From an uncultured Pseudomonadales bacterium (GTDB lineage: Bacteria; Patescibacteriota; Microgenomatia; UBA1400; PJMF01): a DNA stretch of 64,000 bases. The notes below the pieces were generated by a model, which was not told where the DNA came from, made no database searches, and saw only the letters and a program-made list of their open reading frames with translations. The stretch is taken from contig CAZYNM010000001.1 in the NCBI GenBank assembly GCA_964648715.1, forward strand, positions 16,040 to 80,039, read 5' to 3'. The position numbers and the translations under genes were made by a program. The first letter of the stretch is position 1, and every line of letters starts with the position of its first letter. This document shows, in pieces, positions 10,076 through 20,122 of the stretch.

Positions 10076-11140
10076 TCAAAGAGACGCTCTTGGTTGTCTA
10101 TCAGGGAATTTTGCCATATCCGTATATGCAATATGTTGTGGGTTGAGCGCAGCAGCAACCCCAATCATAGCCGCATTATCACCACAGAGTTTCTTGTGAA
10201 AGGGAACTTTTACTTTGGGTGAATAATTTTTTTGTGCTCGTGCAACTGTGCGGATCATTCTCCGTAGTTCCATGTTGGCGGCTACACCCCCACTTAGCCA
10301 AATTTCGCTATATCTCTCCTGAGATAAAAGATAGTTCAATTTATAACAAATATGTTTGAATACAGCATTTTGTATGCTCGCACTTAAGTCATATATCATC
10401 TGTTTACTCAGTGGGTGGTCATTCGTCATTTTTTCAATACGGTTTCGGGTATAAGTCTTGAGTCCAGAGAAACTGAGATCATACGATTTTATTTGTGTGA
10501 GGGGAAGCGGGAAGTCGTATGCATGAGCATTCCCGACTTTAGCAAATGCCTCGATGACAGGACCAGCAGGATAGCCAAGGTTGAGCATGCGACCAACTTT
10601 ATCTAGGCACTCACCTGCTGCATCATCCAGCGTCCGCCCAATCACTGTATATTCACCAAAGCCAGTTACCCGAACAAACTCTGAATGTCCGCCTGAAATG
10701 ATCACCCCTAGTACCGGAAACCGAGTGGGTACGGCGGTGGGAACTTTTGTGCGAGGATTTGGTTTAGCGAGCACTGAAAGCAAATGACCTTCCATGTGAT
10801 TGACTGGTATGAGTGGTAACGTGTGTTTGGTAGCAAATTGCTTGATGAAACGGATACCTACCTCCAACGCTGGAGCCAGTCCTGGCCCTATGGTTACTGC
10901 ACACGCTGCCAACTGACTGGAGGTCAATCCAGCCTTTTGCACTGCGCGCTGGACACATTTTTCAATGTTTTCAGCGTGGGCCAGTTTGGCGACTGTGGGG
11001 AACACCCCACCATATGGGCGGTGGAGTTCTACTTGTGAGGCAACCACGTTACTGAGAACCGTTATGCCCTGTACCACCGCACAACTTGTCTCATCACAAG
11101 AGGTGTCAACAGCAAGAATAGGCCCAGTATTAGGTTTCAT
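10076..11140 (-). CDS. tsaD: tRNA N6-adenosine threonylcarbamoyltransferase TsaD (Kae1/Gcp family)
   Basis: ILAVDTSCDETSCAVV..., HMEGHLLS, VIISGGHSEFV motifs; start chosen at MKPNTGPIL (internal Met of the longer ORF 11176). Confidence 0.8.
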   Translation of the reverse strand: MKPNTGPILAVDTSCDETSCAVVQGITVLSNVVASQVELHRPYGGVFPTVAKLAHAENIEKCVQRAVQKAGLTSSQLAACAVTIGPGLAPALEVGIRFIKQFATKHTLPLIPVNHMEGHLLSVLAKPNPRTKVPTAVPTRFPVLGVIISGGHSEFVRVTGFGEYTVIGRTLDDAAGECLDKVGRMLNLGYPAGPVIEAFAKVGNAHAYDFPLPLTQIKSYDLSFSGLKTYTRNRIEKMTNDHPLSKQMIYDLSASIQNAVFKHICYKLNYLLSQERYSEIWLSGGVAANMELRRMIRTVARAQKNYSPKVKVPFHKKLCGDNAAMIGVAAALNPQHIAYTDMAKFPDRQPRASL

Positions 11141-12224
11141 AAATTGTAATATTTCGTGTACTACCCATATCCTCAAACGTACAGATCAGTGAGGGTACCC
11201 CGGCTGTAATGAGGAGTGGAGTTGCAAACTGGGCAACTTGTGACCACCACTCAACAACAATTACGTGGTTTGGTTTCAACAGTTCAGCAAAGTCTAACTT
11301 TTCAAAAAGATCAACGGTATCTACTTTCCAAAAATCAGCGTGTATGAGCGTACCTGTGACTCCATGCCGAGTGAACGGATACTCTTCATAATACGTATAA
11401 GTGGGAGAACGCAACACATCAGGCAGTTGTAAAAATTGAGCTATCCCTTTTGAAAAGATTGTTTTACCCGCACCCAGTGGACCATTCAAGCCAAACACTA
11501 GACCAGTTTTTTTTATTTGCTCCCAATTCTTGAGTATAAGTTTTCCTGCCAAATCTTTGGTTTCTGCTTCTGAGCTAGTAGTCAGCGTGTAGCCACTTTT
11601 TTGAGTCGGTTGTTGAAGCAGTACACCCTGACGGAGCGTAACTGGTGTAGCAAGTGTGGTGTCAATAACTGTAGAGGGTGGACGTTGGGGAAGCGTACCT
11701 GCATCAAGACAACAATCAATAAGTGACTTTTGTGTCTCGGAGAGTGCACCAAAAATATCTGCAAGCGAGTAGGGGCGTTTCTCGCCCGAAGCATTTGCGG
11801 AAGTAGCTGTAATAGGTTTCCCATAGGCACGAAGTAGCTTTAACATAAACGGGTAGTCCGGTATCCTCACTCCGATGGTGCCAAATTCTGATGCCACACC
11901 CGGTGCCAATGTGCCTTTACGTACGTACGATACTACCGTGAGCGGTCCAGGCAAAAATTGCGCGTAGAGAGTTCTCGCTTGATCATTGACTACTGCATAC
12001 TGTTCAGCTACCAGTGCATCTGGAACTGCGATGGAGAGTGGTTTTCCTTCTCTGCGTGCTTTGTATCGCAGTAACTTGTCTACGGCGTGCGGTAGCGTAG
12101 CATCAACGCCAGCGCCATAGGTTGTTTCGGTAGGAAAGATGACGAGTCCTCCTTGAGCAAGTATGGTGCACGCCTGAGCAATGATGTCAGTTTCTTGGGT
12201 TTCTGCCAGTTTGAGTATTTGCAT
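11130..12224 (-). CDS. fused threonylcarbamoyl-AMP synthase (TsaC/YrdC domain) and TsaE P-loop ATPase
   Basis: N-terminal LVIFPTETTYGAGVDA...ITATSANASG (YrdC/Sua5 domain); C-terminal GLNGPLGAGKTIFSKGIAQFL...SPTYTYYEEY (TsaE/YjeE Walker A and SPT motif); overlaps tsaD start by ~11 nt. Confidence 0.7.
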   Translation of the reverse strand: MQILKLAETQETDIIAQACTILAQGGLVIFPTETTYGAGVDATLPHAVDKLLRYKARREGKPLSIAVPDALVAEQYAVVNDQARTLYAQFLPGPLTVVSYVRKGTLAPGVASEFGTIGVRIPDYPFMLKLLRAYGKPITATSANASGEKRPYSLADIFGALSETQKSLIDCCLDAGTLPQRPPSTVIDTTLATPVTLRQGVLLQQPTQKSGYTLTTSSEAETKDLAGKLILKNWEQIKKTGLVFGLNGPLGAGKTIFSKGIAQFLQLPDVLRSPTYTYYEEYPFTRHGVTGTLIHADFWKVDTVDLFEKLDFAELLKPNHVIVVEWWSQVAQFATPLLITAGVPSLICTFEDMGSTRNITIYET

Positions 12225-12264
12225 ACAGGCTGTATTATAGCGTGGTATATAATAAAGACACGCT

Positions 12265-12600
12265 ATGTATCAAGCTAGCCCTCAATTTGTCTCTACCCAG
12301 ATACCACAAGCAAGCAAGTTCAATCTATATCTCAAGACACAAGAAATGAAAGAACTGGCCCGAGTTCTTCAGTACGTGAGCGCTCTCCCTAAGAGACAGA
12401 GAAATGCTTGGGCCAAGGAGCACGCGACTTTGATTCAGCAGGCAGTAGATTTTTTTGTACAGGAATCAAATGCGACACTGGCAGAGCTTTCGCTTGATGC
12501 AGAAGTGATTGAACTTTCTAAAGAGTTAGTAACATCTTTACGAGATGCTGTTGATATGGCGCAAGGCATCTTATTTACTGCACGTACACATAAAAGTTGA
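12265..12600 (+). CDS. hypothetical protein (111 aa)
   Basis: ORF immediately upstream of yidC; no motif recognised. Confidence 0.35.
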   Translation: MYQASPQFVSTQIPQASKFNLYLKTQEMKELARVLQYVSALPKRQRNAWAKEHATLIQQAVDFFVQESNATLAELSLDAEVIELSKELVTSLRDAVDMAQGILFTARTHKS

Positions 12601-12603
12601 CAT

Positions 12604-13374
12604 ATGTTTGAATGGTTTACTATTCTGGTTTATCAACCTTTCCTTAATGTACTGGTGTTTTTCTATTGGGTGCTCGATACGATGAGTAATCACCATGGGG
12701 ACATGGGAATTGCAGTGGTTTTGTTAACTCTGTTTATTCGCTTTTTACTGCTACCTTTGTCAATAGCAGAGCATCGGGGTGAGAAGAGCAGGCGGGAAAT
12801 AAGTACTGCACTTGAAGAAATAGAAAAACAGTATGCCACTGATCCAGTGGGAAGAGATGCTGCCAAAAAAGCAGTGATGAAAACAAATAGAGGAATATTA
12901 ATTGCTGAAGTGTGTAATTTAACTGTCCAAGTTACCATTGCAATCATGCTCTACTTCATTTTTAAACACGGCTTAACTGGGGGGGACAAGCACTTGCTGT
13001 ATCCGTTCCTCAAGAATGTACAACTGCCACAAGTTCCGTACTTTTTAGGTACATATGACCTCACAAAGCCCAGCTTGTTTCTCAACCTTACACAAAGCTT
13101 TTTGATTTTTGTCCTTGAGACGCTCCTCATGTATACATCTCCATATCCCACAACCCGAGCACAAGTTGTTCGCATGCAATTGGTGCTGCCCCTGGTTTCT
13201 TTCTTCGTCTTTTTAGGTATGCCTGCGGGTAAAAAAGTATTTATCATTACCACACTCTGTTTTAGTATTGTTTTAGCAATTGTGAGAGCCGTGCAACGGT
13301 GGTTCTCTGACTACAAATACAAAAAAGAAGCGCAAGCTGCGGCTGGTGAACAAGTTGTGGTTGACGTTCACTAG
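12604..13374 (+). CDS. yidC: membrane protein insertase YidC (short form)
   Basis: GDMGIAVVLLTLFIRFLLLPLSIAEHRGE...EKQYATDP resembles the YidC/Oxa1 core (GNWGLAIILLTIIVRLILLPLT...KYK.DP); multiple TM segments. Confidence 0.6.
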   Translation: MFEWFTILVYQPFLNVLVFFYWVLDTMSNHHGDMGIAVVLLTLFIRFLLLPLSIAEHRGEKSRREISTALEEIEKQYATDPVGRDAAKKAVMKTNRGILIAEVCNLTVQVTIAIMLYFIFKHGLTGGDKHLLYPFLKNVQLPQVPYFLGTYDLTKPSLFLNLTQSFLIFVLETLLMYTSPYPTTRAQVVRMQLVLPLVSFFVFLGMPAGKKVFIITTLCFSIVLAIVRAVQRWFSDYKYKKEAQAAAGEQVVVDVH

Positions 13375-13392
13375 TGTACAATAGAGGGAAGT

Positions 13393-14091
13393 ATGGAGTT
13401 TGATAAGTTAGTTGTTTCATTTTTGGTAGATGAAGTCGTTGGTGGCTTTTTTATTTCTGTACCTCCTGGGCACATTGCCTGTGTGTATGACAGAGGTCGG
13501 GGTGTTCTTCCGCATGTGTGGGGGCCTGGATTACACTTTAAAATTCCTTTTTGGCAAGTTGCCAAACTTTTTAATGCACAAATGCTGGAGTATTCTATGC
13601 GTGACGGTTTTGATTATGCCGCCAACAAGGAAGCTCTTGGTGATGGTCAAATCATGACAACAACTCGCGATGGAGAAGATATTTATGTGGAAGGATCAAT
13701 TCTTTTCAGAATCGATAGAGTCAATGCACCAGAACTTTGGGAAAACATTGGTGAGAATGTTGTCTCCAAAGTGGTAAGACCAATCTCCCGGAGCAGGGTT
13801 GCGAGCGTCTTTGCTGAAAAAACCCTGGAGGAAATTAAGAAAAACAGAAGTGAAGTAGAAAGCATTGTTAAAAAAGAACTCAATCAGTATTTTGCTGCTC
13901 GTGGCCTCAATTGCGAGGGATTTTTGCTTTCAACCATTAAGCGTGCAAAAGATGGTAAAGCAGAGCTGGTAGTAGAACACGATCCCCAACCTCAGTTCGC
14001 GTATGCACAACCCATGATGTATCCGTATATTCCTCAACAACAACCACTAGAGACACATTCTGCTGGTCAAACGCACGGTTCCCAACACTAG
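13393..14091 (+). CDS. SPFH/band-7 (prohibitin/HflC-like) domain protein
   Basis: VPPGHIACVYDRGRGVLPHVWGPGLHFKIPFWQ matches the SPFH domain core; N-terminal TM anchor. Confidence 0.6.
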   Translation: MEFDKLVVSFLVDEVVGGFFISVPPGHIACVYDRGRGVLPHVWGPGLHFKIPFWQVAKLFNAQMLEYSMRDGFDYAANKEALGDGQIMTTTRDGEDIYVEGSILFRIDRVNAPELWENIGENVVSKVVRPISRSRVASVFAEKTLEEIKKNRSEVESIVKKELNQYFAARGLNCEGFLLSTIKRAKDGKAELVVEHDPQPQFAYAQPMMYPYIPQQQPLETHSAGQTHGSQH

Positions 14092-14104
14092 GGGTAGAAT
14101 GCCC

Positions 14105-14142
14105 TTGACAGATAATTAGCAGTCTACTAGACTATCTGCTTA
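14105..14142 (+). promoter_or_regulatory. groESL promoter (TTGACA-17-TAGACT) with overlapping CIRCE-like inverted repeat TTAGCAGTC-N9-ATCTGCTTA
   Basis: TTGACA 14105-14110; imperfect CIRCE (consensus TTAGCACTC-N9-GAGTGCTAA) at 14116-14142; left half 8/9, right half weaker. Confidence 0.45.
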
Positions 14143-14176
14143 TCAGACTTATTAAGTGTACCTATAAAGGAGTGTT

Positions 14177-14479
14177 ATGGCACAGATATCAATTGCCAAT
14201 CTGCAACCCACACCAGGCTATGTTTTGGTAGAGCCGGCAACTCAGCCCAAACAAACTGCATCTGGTATTTATCTCCCTGATTCACAAAATGAGAAACCAC
14301 AGCACGGCACTGTCCTTGCTTGTGGAGCATCAAGTATGGATGATGGTGTCAAAGTAGAGTGCCCTGTTAAAAAAGGTGATCAAGTTATTTACAAAAAATG
14401 GGGTGGCAATGAATTCAAAATTGCTGATGTGGAATACCAATTTCTTAAGTTTGAAGATGTATTAGCGATTATTAAATAA
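14177..14479 (+). CDS. groES: co-chaperonin GroES
   Basis: 100 aa; ...GIYLPDSQNEKPQHGTVLACG...GDQVIYKKWGG... typical GroES; strong RBS AAAGGAG. Confidence 0.9.
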   Translation: MAQISIANLQPTPGYVLVEPATQPKQTASGIYLPDSQNEKPQHGTVLACGASSMDDGVKVECPVKKGDQVIYKKWGGNEFKIADVEYQFLKFEDVLAIIK

Positions 14480-16114
<1,635 letters not shown>

Positions 16115-16137
16115 TCTTTTCATCTTACACTGTCAAG

Positions 16138-16166
16138 AAAAAGCGGGGTTTTTACCCCGCTTTTTG
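16138..16166 (+). terminator. rho-independent terminator after groEL
   Basis: aaaagcggggt-tttt-accccgcttttt: GC-rich 9-bp stem followed by T-run. Confidence 0.8.
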
Positions 16167-16186
16167 ATGTGGTATAGTGGATAGAA

Positions 16187-17542
16187 ATGACAGAAAGCAT
16201 ACTTAAATCTACACAAATAGAAGTCCAACCGACCACTGAGCTTAAGAATGTTCTTGCTATGCTAAAGAAGCATGGACATGAGGACCAGACACTTGCCCAG
16301 TGGCTTGCAGAGGAAATTGCGTATGCACTCAAGCGTAATGATACAGTTAATCATTTTAGAGAAACTGTTCAACGCGTTTTGACCAATTTTGGCTTGGGCT
16401 CTGTAGGGGAACTGGAAGGAGAACTCTGCAATTATTACTATCGTGAGTCACTTTCCCCACATGAGCGAAAACGAGTTGTGGAACAGCAGACTCTAAGAAG
16501 AGACATCACCCGTGTATTTTATTCTCATGGAATTGCTAATACTTGGCTTGCCGATTGGGTTGCCGAATTAGCAGAACACAATAGGACACTTCCTACTACT
16601 GGTACAGTAGAAAACTTTCGAGCAAGAGTTATGGAGATTTTAAAGGCGAGTAATGTTTCTTTACCAGCCTTGGTGGATGATCTGGTGGCGGTCTACGAAG
16701 GACGGAAAGTGGTTCCAGCAGCTGATGCACACAATGCGCAACAAAAGAGTGATCCTGCAACATTGAGACAGGAGACTACAGTACGACCATTCCCCTCAAA
16801 AGCATTGGTAAGCTCGCCAGCTTCTGCTAAAGAACAGCCAATAGAATCTGCAGAAGTAGTGGCAGATCCAGATACAGCATTCCGTACTATGGTGAACCAG
16901 CAGATACATGTTGTATTGGAGCGTTTTGGTCGTCCCAATAGAGAGCTCACCAAGTGGCTTGCCGAAGAAGTTGAAACAGCACAAGAGAAAAAATATACAC
17001 GTGAGCAGTTCCAAATTACAGTGGCACGTGTGCTTGAGTATTTTAATCTACACAAGAACAACAGACTGATTACCGCTTTGACTGAATGCTACCTCAATAT
17101 CCCTGCCAAAGATGGATATGAACCTCCAAAACCGGAAGTTGTCCCAGCAGAACCAATGCCTGCTGAGCTCGCTGGTCGTGCAGCAGAATTTGTGGGTCTG
17201 TTATTTGCTTTTCTAAACGTGCGTAATTCAGTATTTGAGGCTCACTTTCGTGAGCTGTATGTTGAGTTACTTACTCGTGACGGCGTTACTGCAACCTATA
17301 TGCAGCAGCGTTTAAAAAACATTTGTGCGATGCATGGCTATGGGAAAGAAGTTCTCATAGAAGAAGCAATTCGTTTCATGCAGGGTTCACCACGCTTCCA
17401 AGAGAGTGCGGTGACTACTCTGCGAGGAGAGCGAGATAAAAAAGCAGCAAAAGAACAGATGCGAGCAGAGCACAAGGATCAGATTGTGCAGCGTCTACTA
17501 AGACCAGTACGCAGGCTTTTTAATGGTCGCCTCTCAACGTAA
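16187..17542 (+). CDS. hypothetical protein (451 aa) with three internal ~100-aa repeats
   Basis: Recurrent blocks LAQWLAEEIAYALKRNDTVNHFRETVQRVLTNFGL / LADWVAELAEHNRTLPTTGTVENFRARVMEIL / LTKWLAEEVETAQEKKYTREQFQITVARVLEYFNL. Confidence 0.45.
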   Translation: MTESILKSTQIEVQPTTELKNVLAMLKKHGHEDQTLAQWLAEEIAYALKRNDTVNHFRETVQRVLTNFGLGSVGELEGELCNYYYRESLSPHERKRVVEQQTLRRDITRVFYSHGIANTWLADWVAELAEHNRTLPTTGTVENFRARVMEILKASNVSLPALVDDLVAVYEGRKVVPAADAHNAQQKSDPATLRQETTVRPFPSKALVSSPASAKEQPIESAEVVADPDTAFRTMVNQQIHVVLERFGRPNRELTKWLAEEVETAQEKKYTREQFQITVARVLEYFNLHKNNRLITALTECYLNIPAKDGYEPPKPEVVPAEPMPAELAGRAAEFVGLLFAFLNVRNSVFEAHFRELYVELLTRDGVTATYMQQRLKNICAMHGYGKEVLIEEAIRFMQGSPRFQESAVTTLRGERDKKAAKEQMRAEHKDQIVQRLLRPVRRLFNGRLST

Positions 17543-18143
17543 TCGCGCTCATATTCATGGGTACTCCTGGCCCTTCAGCTCGATAGGAGTAGAACTTTTT
17601 GGGTGTATGGAGGGTGCAATCATTGCTTGTGGTAATGAGAAGCTGTTCTGGTGAAAAAATGCTTTCAGCCTGGAGCCTATTTTCTTTGTACAGATCAAAA
17701 TGCTGCGTCTTTTCTTGATTGGTAGTGTGACAGCTAGTACAGAGTGCTGGCCCAAACCATAGGTACAGAGGACCTTGCAGTACATAACTTTTTTTGAGGT
17801 GACGGAGAACTTTTTTGAGTATCAACTGTTGGGTACTTCTTCTTCCTGCATGGATAGCCGCAACCAGTCCTTTTGGATGATACACCAGAATAGGAAGGCA
17901 GTCTGCGTGTCGTACAACGAGCGTCAAGCCTGGTCTAGTGGTAATAAGGCCGTCTGCAATAAGTTTTTCTTCTGCACTTGGTGGAGTGTGTACAGTAACA
18001 AAATCGGCTCTATGAACTTGCGTCATAGAAACACACACAGTATTTGCGAAACTTTCTGTAGTGCGCAACCTCTCTAGAGATGAAGTATCTCGTGTGGTAA
18101 CTGCAGTAAAAACTCCGGGGTGGGGTATGAGGTGTGTCAACAT
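17520..18143 (-). CDS. PgeF/YfiH-family purine nucleoside phosphorylase / peptidoglycan editing factor (DUF152)
   Basis: LVVRHADCLPILV and AAIHAGRRS match the YfiH HxDC / HAGWRG cores; the supplied ORF (to 18209) overlaps the minus-strand tRNA, so start trimmed to internal Met at ~18143. Confidence 0.55.
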   Translation of the reverse strand: MLTHLIPHPGVFTAVTTRDTSSLERLRTTESFANTVCVSMTQVHRADFVTVHTPPSAEEKLIADGLITTRPGLTLVVRHADCLPILVYHPKGLVAAIHAGRRSTQQLILKKVLRHLKKSYVLQGPLYLWFGPALCTSCHTTNQEKTQHFDLYKENRLQAESIFSPEQLLITTSNDCTLHTPKKFYSYRAEGPGVPMNMSAITLRGDH

Positions 18144-18161
18144 GAGGCAAAGCAAGTAGAG

Positions 18162-18235
18162 TACCAGGGGAGAGATTCGAACTCTCGACCTTGGGTTTAT
18201 GAATCCCATGCTCTAACCAACTGAGCTACCCTGGC
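18162..18235 (-). tRNA. tRNA with CAT anticodon (elongator Met or Ile2-lysidine type)
   Basis: Reverse complement GCCAGGGTAGCTCAGTTGGTTAGAGCATGGGATTCATAAACCCAAGGTCGAGAGTTCGAATCTCTCCCCTGGTA: acceptor GCCAGGG/CCCTGGT (G1-U72), D arm GCTC...GAGC, anticodon loop TTCATAA, T arm GAGAG-TTCGAAT-CTCTC; CCA not encoded. Confidence 0.8.
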
Positions 18236-18335
18236 ACGATACTGACAGGCAAATTATACCAGATATTCGTACCCTTGGTATTATGAGAGTTCTAGCGTAT
18301 AATCAGGAACGCTTGCAGCGAAAAAAGCAAGTTCG

Positions 18336-18404
18336 CGCGGGGTAGTGTACGGTGCACGTGAGGCTCATAATCTCACAGGCCGGGTTCGACTCCCGGCCCC
18401 GCAA
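18336..18404 (+). tRNA. initiator tRNA-fMet (CAT) with C1:A72 mismatch
   Basis: CGCGGGGTAGTGTACGGTGCACGTGAGGCTCATAATCTCACAGGCCGGGTTCGACTCCCGGCCCCGCAA: acceptor CGCGGGG/CCCCGCA as in E. coli tRNA-fMet, anticodon loop CTCATAA, T arm CCGGG-TTCGACT-CCCGG; short D arm; CCA not encoded. Confidence 0.75.
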
Positions 18405-18416
18405 CATGAGTGTGTT

Positions 18417-18446
18417 AACCAAGAGCTAGTTATCTTGGTTTTTTTT
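18417..18446 (+). terminator. rho-independent terminator after tRNA-fMet
   Basis: aaccaaga-gctagtta-tcttggtt followed by TTTTTTTT. Confidence 0.7.
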
Positions 18447-18558
18447 ATGTGTGTTTAACAAATCCCATAAGAAATAATATAAGCAACAACATGATATACT
18501 ACCGCTCTGGTCGTTAAAAAGTTAAGAGTGTTTTTGTGCGCCACAAAAGGAGGTGCGC

Positions 18559-19065
18559 ATGGGTTCGAACAGTCGAAAAAGCGGTAGCGAAAGCTTCAGC
18601 GACGGCGTTATTAAGGCAATCGCAAATGCCATCGCTGCCCTCGTGATAGGACTAATTGCCTACTGGTGGGAGTTCCAGGTCAACCCATCAGGTAATTTTT
18701 CCTTTGAAGCTGATTCTTCTTCTAGCCAGCAAGTGTATGCCGTTGCCGGCGTTTCATGCCACGGGGACAAAATCCCGTGGCAGTTCGAAATTGCCGACAC
18801 ATGGTATTCATCCAGCGCCAAGAAAAGCAAAGCCACACTCCGTGTATGGCGTGCTTCTGGTACTGGAGCACATATCGATGAGCAAGAAGTTGAGATCAAA
18901 GAATCAGGACATTTCTACCTGGAAGCGTGTCCCGATGAGGAAGTCAGTGTCGCCTATGTATGGGACATCAAGTCAGGAGAACTCTTTGTACATTTCCGAG
19001 TGCACCCGGAGTTTGAGTTCTATTCTGTCAAACCAACAGCTTTACCTCAAAAGGAGGGAAAATAA
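18559..19065 (+). CDS. membrane-anchored hypothetical protein (paralogue A)
   Basis: RBS AAAGGAGG 18546-18553, ATG 18559; one N-terminal TM helix then a soluble domain with ...YAVAGVSCHGDKIPWQFE...VAYVWDIKSGELFVHFRVHPEFE... Confidence 0.5.
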   Translation: MGSNSRKSGSESFSDGVIKAIANAIAALVIGLIAYWWEFQVNPSGNFSFEADSSSSQQVYAVAGVSCHGDKIPWQFEIADTWYSSSAKKSKATLRVWRASGTGAHIDEQEVEIKESGHFYLEACPDEEVSVAYVWDIKSGELFVHFRVHPEFEFYSVKPTALPQKEGK

Positions 19066-19568
19066 TGAAAAAACGACATATCTTTCTGATCATTGGCGCC
19101 TGGGCAGTGCTCATGGCAGTAGCGTTACTCATCGTGCTCATTCCCTGGCGAGTCGCACAGGCGTTCTCCATTCTGCTTTTAGGCGTACTGTACCTTGGAC
19201 CATTCAAACTAGCCGAGGACGCATACGACTTTGTAGACAAGGTGCTTGACTCACGCTTCATGCCGGAGGTCAAAATCCACTGGAGCTGGCACTTCTTGTT
19301 TGCTGCCCTTGTTGGTAGCCTTTTTCTTGTTCTGTGGCCAGGGCTTACCGTCCTCATCGTCACAGATGGAAACTGGTACGTGGCCGAGTGGCTGTCGTAC
19401 CTCCGCCAGCTTGACAAAAGCCCTGGGCTTTTAGGTTACCCAGCCTACGCAGTCCGCCTTGGTGAGTGGGCGGCCGTCACTGCCTATGTTGGCTATGTCT
19501 ATGAAATGGCCCTGTTGAGCTTCACACGATGGTTTCAAGCCAGGAGGGAATCCAATGGCAAAAAATGA
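19065..19568 (+). CDS. polytopic membrane protein (about 4 TM helices), unknown function
   Basis: Start overlaps previous stop (ATAATGA); hydrophobic segments IFLIIGAWAVLMAVALLIVLI, FSILLLGVLYLGPF, FLFAALVGSLFLVLWPGLTVLIV. Confidence 0.5.
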   Translation: MKKRHIFLIIGAWAVLMAVALLIVLIPWRVAQAFSILLLGVLYLGPFKLAEDAYDFVDKVLDSRFMPEVKIHWSWHFLFAALVGSLFLVLWPGLTVLIVTDGNWYVAEWLSYLRQLDKSPGLLGYPAYAVRLGEWAAVTAYVGYVYEMALLSFTRWFQARRESNGKK

Positions 19569-20013
19569 CAAACAACTCCCAGAGCCGCTGCAGTGGATTC
19601 AACTGATTATCAACATTGCCCGGGTGGCCATTTACCTGGCAATGTTCATTTTCTGGCTAGTCGAGTTTGTGTTCAATCCAGCAAACAATTCTGACTACTA
19701 CCTGTATTTTGGTCACACGTACCAGGTGGCAGGTGTGGCCTGTGCGGGAGAGAACCAAACATGGCAGCTCGAAATGGCTGCCATTGAGCAGAACGGCAAA
19801 AGCAACTTTGCAAAGGCTATCATTACCCGTCAGAAAGTTGCTGAGGAACATAACCAGCGTGCTTGGATCGAGTTGCGACCCAAAGCCTCGTTGGTGTTTC
19901 CCTGCCTTGAAGACGGAACTGAAACTGAAGTTGCTCTGATTTGGGATGTCTATCCCGACAGAGCATACCTCAGGGTTCATCCACAACATGAAGTCTGGGA
20001 GGTGAACAGATAA
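19555..20013 (+). CDS. membrane-anchored hypothetical protein (paralogue C of 18559-19065)
   Basis: N-terminal TM helix then ...NPANNSDYYLYFGHTYQVAGVACAGENQTWQLE...VALIWDVYPDRAYLRVHPQHE..., alignable block by block to paralogue A. Confidence 0.5.
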   Translation: MAKNDKQLPEPLQWIQLIINIARVAIYLAMFIFWLVEFVFNPANNSDYYLYFGHTYQVAGVACAGENQTWQLEMAAIEQNGKSNFAKAIITRQKVAEEHNQRAWIELRPKASLVFPCLEDGTETEVALIWDVYPDRAYLRVHPQHEVWEVNR

Positions 20014-20041
20014 AAACACTCTAAAACTGAATAACGGGCAT

Positions 20042-20069
20042 AGCATGGGCGTCTCCAAACGCCCATGCT
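20042..20069. terminator. perfect 11-bp hairpin between convergent genes (probable bidirectional terminator)
   Basis: agcatgggcgt-ctccaa-acgcccatgct; no clear T-tract on the plus strand. Confidence 0.5.
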
Positions 20070-20122
20070 CTCCTTCGAGTAGTGAGTGCTACTCCTGATG
20101 AGTCCAAAAGGACGAAAAGGAA

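Noticed and set aside
17520-18209. Full-length 229-aa minus ORF for the PgeF-like gene
   Set aside because: Its first ~16 codons are the reverse complement of the tRNA at 18162-18235 (translation RVRISPLVLY...), so the start was moved to an internal Met.
18656-19417. 197-aa plus-strand ORF (18656-19249) and 129-aa minus ORF (19028-19417) overlapping the membrane cassette
   Set aside because: They are out of frame or antisense to three ORFs with coherent TM-helix patterns and overlapping start/stop coupling, and their translations are Ser/Arg-rich.
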